A stretch of DNA of 64,000 nt, taken from contig JBMOEX010000001.1 of assembly GCA_049314535.1 (NCBI GenBank), positions 404 through 64,403 of the forward strand, written 5' to 3'. The first letter of the stretch is position 1. Every line of letters begins with the position of its first letter. Below, in pieces: positions 56,468 to 64,000 of the stretch. Under the pieces are notes generated by a model that was not told the DNA's origin, did not search any database, and worked only from the letters and a program-made list of their open reading frames with translations. Origin of the DNA: Vampirovibrionia bacterium. GTDB taxonomy: Bacteria; Cyanobacteriota; Vampirovibrionia; LMEP-6097. A program made the translations under genes and the position numbers.

Positions 56468-57250
56468 TCACCAGTAAATTAAGTATTTATTACTTTTTTC
56501 ATCTAAAATTCCATGGCCTTGCAGTGTAATTCTCATATCTTCTGGAGACATTTCTATAGCTGGAGCCATAGCATGTGTAAATTTGCCAGAGTGGATAAAC
56601 ATATAACCTTCTTCATATTTAATGAATTCAAGTTCATTTAAATTTATATGCGTATCATCTCTTGTTCGGAAAATAGTATTCATCTGAAAGCTATTTTCTA
56701 TAACTTCTTGTAAAATTTGGCTGTCTTCTTCAGTTTCTTTAAAGGAATTTTCTACTTCTACTTGGTCGCCTAGTAATATTAATCCAGCTCCCCTATTAGG
56801 AAGCTTTATGGATAAGGTAAAACTGAGATTTTTTATCGGGTCATAGCTTATTTCTCCCCAGTCAATTAATTCATTCTGCCTATCGTGATGAAATTTACCA
56901 GCTTCTTCTTCGAAATAAATATCACTACCAAATATGTGAAACCCAGGTAGAGCATTAGTTTTAGAGTATTCACACTCTAGCCCAGTAGAGTTTTTTAGTT
57001 CATCTAAGGTTTTTATATACAAATTGCCTAAATGCTTTTCTAGTAAAGCGTTCTGTAAAGCAGCCTCTTTTTGGTAATTTAGGTAGGAGCCTATGGCATC
57101 TATGTAACTGACTGCTCCTAAAGTGAATCTAGGCAGCTCAAATGGGTGATCATCTTCGTTTCTTAATTTCCAAAAGCTTTTTAGCTCAAGTATAATTCTG
57201 AAAATATTTTCGCATTCGTCTTTATTCAAAACTTTTACTTTTTTAATCAT
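56468..57250 (-). CDS. hypothetical protein, possibly 2OG-Fe(II) oxygenase-like
   Basis: 260 aa. It has an H-x-D (KFHHD) motif, a distal His (..FTHAM..) and a downstream Arg (RITLQGH). The spacing is compatible with a double-stranded beta-helix (DSBH) oxygenase, but the evidence is weak. Confidence 0.35.
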   Translation of the reverse strand: MIKKVKVLNKDECENIFRIILELKSFWKLRNEDDHPFELPRFTLGAVSYIDAIGSYLNYQKEAALQNALLEKHLGNLYIKTLDELKNSTGLECEYSKTNALPGFHIFGSDIYFEEEAGKFHHDRQNELIDWGEISYDPIKNLSFTLSIKLPNRGAGLILLGDQVEVENSFKETEEDSQILQEVIENSFQMNTIFRTRDDTHINLNELEFIKYEEGYMFIHSGKFTHAMAPAIEMSPEDMRITLQGHGILDEKSNKYLIYW

Positions 57251-57272
57251 GCATTAGTTATTATTTTCCCAT

Positions 57273-57956
57273 ATGAGTACAATTAATCATTCCCAGACCT
57301 TTAAGGAAATTTTCAAGGATATTAAAGCTGTTATTTTTGATATGGATGGCGTCCTTGTCTATAATACTGAGTTCCATAAAAAGGCATTAAAGCAGTTCTG
57401 CTCTAGTAAAGGTTTTCATCTTACAGATGAAGATATGGCTGAAAAAATTTATGGCAGAACGAATAGAGAGTGGCTTTTGAATCTCTTTGATAGCGGCTTG
57501 ACTGATGAATTAGTCGAAGAATATGCTCAAGAAAAAGAACTTATTTATAGGGATCTTTATATGGATTCTATAAAACCAGCACCAGGATTAATAGATTTTT
57601 TAGATCTTTTGGATAGCCTTAATATACCAAGAGCTATAGGAACTTCTGCCCCACCTGTTAATGTGGAATTTACTTTAGAGAAAGCTAATCTGAGAGAATA
57701 CTTCAGTTTAGTCATAGATGATACTATGATTGAAAATAGTAAGCCTGATCCGGAAATATACTTGAAAGCTGCGAGTGAACTTGGTTTTAAGCCTCAAGAA
57801 TGTGTGGTTTTTGAGGATTCTAAATCTGGTATATTAGCTGGACTTAATGCTGGGGCTAGAGTGGTGGCTCTTACTTCTACGCTGCTAGTGGATGAGATAT
57901 TAGCTTTGAAGGCGGATTTTATTGTGGATGATTTTCATTGTTTAAGTAGATCCTAA
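57273..57956 (+). CDS. HAD-superfamily hydrolase, subfamily IA (beta-phosphoglucomutase-like)
   Basis: Motif I ..AVIFDMDGVLV.. . Motif II ..GTSAP.. . C-terminal ..FEDSKSGILAGLNAGARVVAL.. . Confidence 0.75.
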   Translation: MSTINHSQTFKEIFKDIKAVIFDMDGVLVYNTEFHKKALKQFCSSKGFHLTDEDMAEKIYGRTNREWLLNLFDSGLTDELVEEYAQEKELIYRDLYMDSIKPAPGLIDFLDLLDSLNIPRAIGTSAPPVNVEFTLEKANLREYFSLVIDDTMIENSKPDPEIYLKAASELGFKPQECVVFEDSKSGILAGLNAGARVVALTSTLLVDEILALKADFIVDDFHCLSRS

Positions 57957-60900
57957 TGTGCCTCAAGCCAGTTTTTACCAAAGCCAAGATTAGCCGTCAA
58001 TGGTACTCGCAGTTCAACTATATTCTCCATGCATTCTTTGACTATATCTTGGACTGAACTAAGATTTTTTTCTTGACATTCTATTAATATCTCGTCATGT
58101 ACTTGGAGTATGATTCTTGGAATATTAAAGCTTTCAGAAGCATTAAGAACAGTATTGCTTAAAAGTTCAGGCTCTATATTTTGAGAAAGCTTTGCTTTGA
58201 TTTTTATCATAGCCTGTTTCATAATATCGGCGGCAGCACTTTGAATGACTGTGTTAAAGGCTTGCCTCTCTTCTTCTTTTTGTAGCATTTTATTATTACT
58301 GTTAATATTCTGAAAATATCTCCTTCTGCCGAAGATATTCTCTACATATGAATTTTCATGAGCGAATTCAAGCGTGCTTGCCATAAAAGGCTTTATAGAG
58401 GAGTAGATTTCAAAATATTTATCTATAAAGTATTTGGCTTCTTTATTGCTAATATTCAATTGTTGAGCGGTTGCAAAGGTTCCTTGCATGTAAACTAAAG
58501 CAAAGTTTAGAGTTTTTCCTATTCTCCTGTCATCAGCAGTAATTTCTTCTGGATTCTTATCCATTATTTTAATTGCGGTTTGAGTATGAATATCTTCGTT
58601 ATTCTGAAAAGCTCTAATCAACTCTTCTTCATTAGCTAAATGAGCTAATACCCTAAGCTCGATCTGGGAATAATCAGCACTTACTATAAAGTTATTTTCA
58701 TTAGCCGTCGTGAAGCCAGTTCTCACTTTGCGTCCTAGCTCTGTTTTTATGGGGATATTTTGTAAATTAGGATTAGAAGAGCTGAGCCTGCCTGTAGTGG
58801 TTAGAACTTGATTAAAGTCAGAATGTATTCTCTGTGTCTCTTTAGCGATAAGCTGTGGTAGATTGTCGACGTAAGTACTTGTTAACTTAGTAAGTGAGCG
58901 GTATTCAAGGATTTTCTGTATTAAGGTTTTTTGTTCAGGATTTAGGTCAGCTTCTATTAATAGTTTTTCAAGAGTATCTTGGTCAGTGGAAAAATTGCCA
59001 GATTTATTTTTTTTACCATCGTTTTTAATGCCAAGCTCAATAAATAGTGTCTCACTGAGCTGCTTTGGTGAAGCTATATTAAATTGCTTTCCAGATAGTT
59101 TAAATATGCTTTCTTCTAGCGCCGTGATTTTTTGATGTAATTCTATAGATAATTCTGAAAAATATTTAGTATCTATGCTTACTCCAGTATTCTCTATCTC
59201 TGTAAGTACTTCTACGAAAGGGAAGTCTATATTTTTTAAAAGCTCTAATTGTTTTTTATTTAAAGTTTTTTGATAATAGAGGTAAAGTCTATAAGTGATA
59301 AAAGCATCGGCTGCGGCATAATCTGCGACATCATTCATCGGAACTTGGTCTAAGGTTATTTGTTTTCGCCCAGTGCCGATAAGTTCCTCTATCTCCTTCA
59401 TTCTTAAGTTAAGTATTCTTTTAGACTGTTGTTTAAGACCATGCTTATTACTTGGATTTTCCACGTAGCTAGCTAGCATAATATCGAAAAAATTACTGTG
59501 AGTTACGATGCCAAGTCGCTTAAATAACTTATGCTCAAATTTGGCATTTTGAATAATTTGTAGTTGATTCTTATTTTCTAGAATGGGTTTTAAATATTCT
59601 AAGACTAGGCTGTGACTTAATAATTCTGAATTTACTTTTATTAGAGTGGCTGTAGTATTTTTAGAATCTTCGGTAATACTCTCTGTAAGCAGGTGCTGGC
59701 TGAATAATGAACCCTGACTTATGGTGATATTTTCTACTTCTTTTGTTTCATTGGGTTGTTTAACTGGGATGTAATAAGAATAAATATTTTCATCATTGGT
59801 ATCTGCTTTATGAAACGCAAACGCCCAGCCGACTATCTTGCAGTTGAGAGTATTTAAGCCAGTGGTTTCTAGGTCTATCGCGAAAATATTAACTTTTTTA
59901 AGTTCACTACTGAGTTCTTTAAGCTTCTCTTCGCTATCTATAATAATGGCACTGAGTTCTAGCCTTCTGATTTCTTGATCTACTTGTTCAAATGCTTTAT
60001 TAGAGCCATCCGTAGATTCCTCATCTATATTTATACTTACTTTAACTAAGTCACCGTTATTAAAACTTTTTAAGAGTACTGGTAATTTTTTTAAAATACT
60101 GTGAAATTCAAAGACTTTTAAAAAATCAATCAGTGATTCAGTATCTGGTAAATTAAGCTTCGCTGCTTTTAAATATGCTTCTGTCTGACCTGCATGAATT
60201 TCCTCTGTAAGGATTGTTGCAAGATGCTTTGATAATCTTGCAGAATCCTCTTGGGCTTTTAATTTTTCTTGAACTTTAGCCGGGTTTATATTCTCTAAAT
60301 TTTTATAGATGTTATCAAGATCACCATAATCTTCTAATAATTTTATGGCTGACTTAGGTCCTAGCCCTTTGACACCAGGTATATTATCAGAGCTATCTCC
60401 AGCTATGCCTTTGTAATCAGCTACTTGAGAAGGTTTTATGCCTAATTCTTCCACTACGTCTTGCGGGCTGTAGAGCTTTAATCCTCCACCACGCTGTGGT
60501 GCTGCTACTTTAACGTCATCACTAATTAACTGAAATAGGTCTCTGTCACCAGATAATATGACGGTTTTAATACCCTCTTTTTCAGATGCTTTCGTTAATA
60601 TACCGATAAGATCATCTGCTTCAAAGCCAGCTTCTTCTAAAACTGGAATATGAAATTTTTTAAAACTCTCTTTAATCCAATTCCACTGTGCTTTTAAATC
60701 ATCTGGCATTTGATCTGGACGGTTAGCTTTATATTCTTCGTAGAGCTCGTGGCGAAAAGAAGGTTGTGGTAAGTCAAAAGCGACAGCGATAGAAGTGGGT
60801 TTGATCATCTCCATTGCATCAAAGAGAGCTTTTAATGTTCCATATATAGCCCAGGTTGGCTCACCATCCTTATTTCTAAGGTTGGTTCTTTCTAATGCGA

Positions 60901-60958
60901 AAAACATTCTAAAAGCTAGATTGCTACCGTCTATAAGTAAAAGTGTTTCATTAGTCAT
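57953..60958 (-). CDS. polA: DNA polymerase I
   Basis: 1001 aa. 5'-3' exonuclease N-terminus (..LLLIDGSNLAFRMFFAL..). Polymerase motifs ..RRIGKTLNFALVYMQG.. and ..LQVHDEILIE.. . Confidence 0.9.
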   Translation of the reverse strand: MTNETLLLIDGSNLAFRMFFALERTNLRNKDGEPTWAIYGTLKALFDAMEMIKPTSIAVAFDLPQPSFRHELYEEYKANRPDQMPDDLKAQWNWIKESFKKFHIPVLEEAGFEADDLIGILTKASEKEGIKTVILSGDRDLFQLISDDVKVAAPQRGGGLKLYSPQDVVEELGIKPSQVADYKGIAGDSSDNIPGVKGLGPKSAIKLLEDYGDLDNIYKNLENINPAKVQEKLKAQEDSARLSKHLATILTEEIHAGQTEAYLKAAKLNLPDTESLIDFLKVFEFHSILKKLPVLLKSFNNGDLVKVSINIDEESTDGSNKAFEQVDQEIRRLELSAIIIDSEEKLKELSSELKKVNIFAIDLETTGLNTLNCKIVGWAFAFHKADTNDENIYSYYIPVKQPNETKEVENITISQGSLFSQHLLTESITEDSKNTTATLIKVNSELLSHSLVLEYLKPILENKNQLQIIQNAKFEHKLFKRLGIVTHSNFFDIMLASYVENPSNKHGLKQQSKRILNLRMKEIEELIGTGRKQITLDQVPMNDVADYAAADAFITYRLYLYYQKTLNKKQLELLKNIDFPFVEVLTEIENTGVSIDTKYFSELSIELHQKITALEESIFKLSGKQFNIASPKQLSETLFIELGIKNDGKKNKSGNFSTDQDTLEKLLIEADLNPEQKTLIQKILEYRSLTKLTSTYVDNLPQLIAKETQRIHSDFNQVLTTTGRLSSSNPNLQNIPIKTELGRKVRTGFTTANENNFIVSADYSQIELRVLAHLANEEELIRAFQNNEDIHTQTAIKIMDKNPEEITADDRRIGKTLNFALVYMQGTFATAQQLNISNKEAKYFIDKYFEIYSSIKPFMASTLEFAHENSYVENIFGRRRYFQNINSNNKMLQKEEERQAFNTVIQSAAADIMKQAMIKIKAKLSQNIEPELLSNTVLNASESFNIPRIILQVHDEILIECQEKNLSSVQDIVKECMENIVELRVPLTANLGFGKNWLEAH

Positions 60959-61085
60959 TTCTTTTCTAGTCTAATGAGAGATAATTCTAGATTATTTCCT
61001 GGGATTATTGTTTTATTACTTAATTATTAAGAACAAGATTTATTTTTTAAATGTCATCTTGAGTTATGTTAAAATTTACCATCTT

Positions 61086-61544
61086 ATGGCTTCTGCTTTA
61101 GATTTAATTTTAGTTGATGATGTTGAACATTTAGGTAAGGCTGGTGAACTTGTGAAAGTGAGACCTGGTTACGCTAGAAATTTCCTTTTACCAAGAGGGC
61201 TTGCTCATGTGGCTAATAGATTTACACTTGCTGAGTATGAAGTGAGAAAGAGTAAGCTTGAAGAAGAGGCACAGCAGAGAAGAGAGAAAGCCGAACAGCT
61301 TAAAGCTAAGCTTGATGAGCAGTTTGTTAAGATTGAAGCTAAGGCTGGTGAATCTGGTAAGCTTTTCGGTGCTATTACTAAAGAGAATGTTTGTAACGCT
61401 GTTGAGCAGCAGCTTTCTACTAAAATTTCTAAAGATCAGGTTGATTTAAAAACACCTATTAGATCTATCGGTGATTTTGAAGTTAAATTAAATTTAGCTG
61501 CTCAGATTTCTGCGACTATCATCGTTAAAGTTCAAGCTATCTAA
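61086..61544 (+). CDS. rplI: 50S ribosomal protein L9
   Basis: Start placed at MASALDLILVDDVEHLGKAGELVKVRPGYARNFLLP.., the canonical L9 N-terminus. The 26 upstream track residues are hydrophobic read-through. Confidence 0.85.
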   Translation: MASALDLILVDDVEHLGKAGELVKVRPGYARNFLLPRGLAHVANRFTLAEYEVRKSKLEEEAQQRREKAEQLKAKLDEQFVKIEAKAGESGKLFGAITKENVCNAVEQQLSTKISKDQVDLKTPIRSIGDFEVKLNLAAQISATIIVKVQAI

Positions 61545-61571
61545 GTTTTATACGTGTCATAATTTTATTTC

Positions 61572-62189
61572 ATGTTCATTACCATTGAAGGGCCAGATCA
61601 AGCTGGAAAGACTACTCAGGTATCTTTATTAAAGAAGTATGCCGCTGAGAATAATAAGGATTGGTTGTTTACATCTAATCCGGGTGGTACTGATCTTGGT
61701 AAGCGGCTTAGAGAATTAATCCTTGACAGAAATTATAAAGTGTCAGATAAGGCTGAGCTTCTGGTATATCTTGCTGATAGAGCGCAGCATGTAGAAGAAT
61801 ATCATTCTTTAATTAAAGATCCGACTAAAGTCGTTATCTGTGATCGTTTTACTGATAGCACTTTAGCCTATCAAGGTTATGGTAGAAATTTAGATTTAGG
61901 GATTATTAGGCAGTTAAATGCATATGTTACTAAAGGTATTAAGCCCGACCTTACTTTGATGTTAATGATAGATGCAGATGAAGCTACTAGAAGGCGCGAG
62001 GGAGCTCCAGACAGAATTGAGCAGGAGAATAAACTATTTTTCATTAGGGTAGCTAACGGCTATAAGACTATCGCACATGAAGAGCCTGAAAGAGTGAAAA
62101 TTATAAATGTAGAGAATCATTCTCGTGAAGTGCTTCACGAGCGAATTGTTAATCTTATTAATAGCTTTATTGAACAAGGTCAGCTATGA
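61572..62189 (+). CDS. tmk: thymidylate kinase
   Basis: MFITIEGPDQAGKTTQ is the P-loop. ..DRF..S..AYQG.. lid region. 205 aa. Confidence 0.85.
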   Translation: MFITIEGPDQAGKTTQVSLLKKYAAENNKDWLFTSNPGGTDLGKRLRELILDRNYKVSDKAELLVYLADRAQHVEEYHSLIKDPTKVVICDRFTDSTLAYQGYGRNLDLGIIRQLNAYVTKGIKPDLTLMLMIDADEATRRREGAPDRIEQENKLFFIRVANGYKTIAHEEPERVKIINVENHSREVLHERIVNLINSFIEQGQL

Positions 62190-63160
62190 ATAATTCTAGG
62201 ACTATCTTAATAACAGGTTCCGCTGGGTTTATTGGCTCACATTTGATGGATTTGCTTATTGATAGAGGCGATAAGCTTGTTGGAGTAGATAATTTTTGTG
62301 ATTTCTATTCCCCTCAAATCAAGCACGATAATAGTAAAAAACATTATATAAGTGCTAACACTAATATCTATGAGCTTGATTTATTAGATTATGATGCTCT
62401 TGAAGAGCTTTTTAAAAAATATAATTTTACTCATATAGTTCATTTAGCGGCGATGGCTGGTGTTAGACCCTCATTAGAGAATCCTCGGCTCTACGATACT
62501 GTAAATAACCACTCCACTATTAATTTATTAGATCTTGCGAAGAAATATAAAGTATCTAAGTTCGTTTTCGCTTCTAGTAGTTCTGTCTATGGATCTCGTT
62601 CGCTGACACCATTTAAGGAAGATGAAGATATTAGTAAGCCTATTAGTCCTTATGCTGCTACTAAAGTTTCTGGTGAAGCGATGGTGCATGCGATGACACA
62701 TTCGGTAGATTCCCTCTCGTCAGTTTGTTTAAGGTTCTTTACTGTTTATGGCGCTAGGCAGAGACCTGATTTAGCTATTCATAAATTTTCAGAGCTGATA
62801 TTTTCAGGAAAGCCTATTCCAGTTTATGGCGATGGCTCCTATCAGCGTGATTATACTTATATCGATGATATTCTAGATGGCATTACTAAGGCGATAGACT
62901 TTAATACTAAATTTGAGATATTTAATTTAGGGGAGTCACGTACCTATACTGTAAGTGAATTAATATCTCTTCTTGAGACTAAGCTAAACAAGTCTGCGAT
63001 TATTTCTTATCAAGATAAGGTGGTAGGTGATGTTCCTGTAACCTGTGCTGATATCTCTAAAGCTAAGTCGCTGCTTGCTTATAATCCAAAGACACATCTT
63101 AGTGAAGGTTTAGATAAATTCATAGAATGGTTTCAAGATAAAAATAAAATTTTATCTTGA
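62186..63160 (+). CDS. NAD-dependent epimerase/dehydratase (UDP-sugar 4-epimerase-like SDR)
   Basis: ..ILITGSAGFIGSHL.. Rossmann motif. ..YAATK.. YxxxK catalytic motif. 4-nt overlap with tmk. Confidence 0.8.
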   Translation: MNNSRTILITGSAGFIGSHLMDLLIDRGDKLVGVDNFCDFYSPQIKHDNSKKHYISANTNIYELDLLDYDALEELFKKYNFTHIVHLAAMAGVRPSLENPRLYDTVNNHSTINLLDLAKKYKVSKFVFASSSSVYGSRSLTPFKEDEDISKPISPYAATKVSGEAMVHAMTHSVDSLSSVCLRFFTVYGARQRPDLAIHKFSELIFSGKPIPVYGDGSYQRDYTYIDDILDGITKAIDFNTKFEIFNLGESRTYTVSELISLLETKLNKSAIISYQDKVVGDVPVTCADISKAKSLLAYNPKTHLSEGLDKFIEWFQDKNKILS

Positions 63161-63209
63161 AGCTTGCTTTTAATTTCTAAATTGCATATTATAACTTTAA
63201 CTATTAATT

Positions 63210-64000
63210 ATGAAACTTGATTTACATTGGAGAATTTTTATCGGTCTTGCCCTTGGTGCAATACTCGGTTATTTCTTCTCTGTGTCTGGTACAGATTTGC
63301 AAGATCCAAGTCTTGGCGTTGTTAAGCTTTCGCATATTAGCTGGATTGGTGATCTTTTCCTGAAGCTTTTAAAAATGATAGTTCTACCGCTTATAATTTC
63401 TTCTATTATTGTAGGTGTTGGGCATTTGCCAGTTCAGAGTTTAGGTAAGGTAGGCTTAGTAACATTTTTATTATTTAAAGGCTTGATGCTGTTTGCAGCT
63501 GGTTTCGGTCTTGTATTCGTAAATTTCTTTAAGCCTGGTTATCACATTGATTTACATAGTCTTATAGACTCTAATCCAGCAGCTGATGAGGTGAAGTTTA
63601 TTACTGAATCGAGCTTTAGTTTTACTGATTTGATATTTGGAATAGTTCCAGAGAATATTTTTAAATCCCTTGCGGCAGGTTCTTTGTTGCAGATTATTTT
63701 AGTCTCTATTTTATTTTCTGTTGCTTTAATTAAAGTGAAGAACGGTAAGATGGTTCTTGATTTTTTCAAAGCCTGTCTTAATGCGATATTAAAAGTCACT
63801 CATTGGATTATGGTCTTATCACCATTTGGTATTTTTGCTTTAATCACGAAGACTGTTGCTATAGGTGGTCTTAGTTCTTTAGCGAATTACATGCCTTTTG
63901 TTACTACTGTATTAGTTGCTTTTGCGGCGATGATATTAGTGGTAGCTCCGATTTTGGTTCACTTTTTCACAGACTTTACTCCATTACAGTTTTTCAGTGG
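63210..64000 (+). CDS. dicarboxylate/amino-acid:cation symporter (GltP/DctA family), C-terminus runs off the window end
   Basis: ATG at 63210. MKLDLHWRIFIGLALGAILGYFF... and ..LKMIVLPLIISSIIVGV.. fit the family N-terminus. The frame is open to 64000. Confidence 0.7.
   Translation, partial: MKLDLHWRIFIGLALGAILGYFFSVSGTDLQDPSLGVVKLSHISWIGDLFLKLLKMIVLPLIISSIIVGVGHLPVQSLGKVGLVTFLLFKGLMLFAAGFGLVFVNFFKPGYHIDLHSLIDSNPAADEVKFITESSFSFTDLIFGIVPENIFKSLAAGSLLQIILVSILFSVALIKVKNGKMVLDFFKACLNAILKVTHWIMVLSPFGIFALITKTVAIGGLSSLANYMPFVTTVLVAFAAMILVVAPILVHFFTDFTPLQFFS

Noticed and set aside
61008-61085. N-terminal 26-aa extension of rplI in the ORF track (MFYYLIIKNKIYFLNVILSYVKIYHL)
   Set aside because: It is a hydrophobic, AT-rich read-through of the promoter region. 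The canonical L9 N-terminus begins at the Met at 61086.
1-64000. Search for tRNA, rRNA, transposase, integrase, phage or toxin-antitoxin genes
   Set aside because: No cloverleaf-compatible GTTCRANYC T-arm motifs were found in intergenic regions. No DDE or Tyr-recombinase motifs were found in any ORF. No such features are called.

Overview
This is an AT-rich, tightly packed bacterial chromosomal segment. Many genes overlap by 1-23 nt and Shine-Dalgarno motifs are rarely visible. An LPS heptosyltransferase, an Mla-type permease and an RseP-type protease indicate a diderm cell. ClpC, a group-3 (FliA/SigF-like) sigma factor and a LuxR pseudo-receiver regulator are present, but I cannot assign a lineage from sequence alone. 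Most content is housekeeping: amidase, rpmE, rluD, rplY, putA, tldD/pmbA, ribBA, mutL, a SpeE-like membrane protein, clpC, ftsH, alaS, mlaE-like, sigma factor, rseP, a GT9 heptosyltransferase, acpS, an AttEFGH-like ABC transporter, a methyltransferase, a PLP enzyme, ABC-F, argF, serS, rsmE, trpE/pabB-like, secA, a HAD hydrolase, polA, rplI, tmk, an epimerase and a partial GltP-type symporter. No tRNA, rRNA, CRISPR array, transposase or integrase gene was found. The main unexplained signal is a family of short (about 27-121 nt) mosaic palindromic repeat elements. They share the core CGCAGAAA(T)TGGAGTT, also seen as its complement AACTCCA(T)TTTCTGCG, and carry either GAGAC(C)...(G)GTCTC or GGGCGTGTAGC...GCTACACGCCC terminal inverted repeats. 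At least 11 copies are present. Eight sit inside intact CDSs without disrupting the reading frame: amidase, MutL, two in AlaS, two in the FtsX-type ABC permease, and a secreted protein, plus a likely twelfth tail copy in the ClpC C-terminal extension. Three sit in intergenic gaps: between the rpmE and hypothetical ORF 2543..2917, and at the convergent 3' ends of the rluD/rplY and speE-like/clpC pairs. This resembles the Rickettsia palindromic element (RPE) phenomenon but is a distinct family. The second notable feature is MutL. Its canonical C-terminal endonuclease motif appears degenerate, and it ends in a textbook HNH nuclease domain. Other observations are a heptosyltransferase gene with no canonical start codon abutting an A8 tract, a sigma factor / small membrane protein / site-2 protease cluster, a roughly 500-nt structured intergenic region upstream of tldD, and a ClpC with low-complexity extensions.
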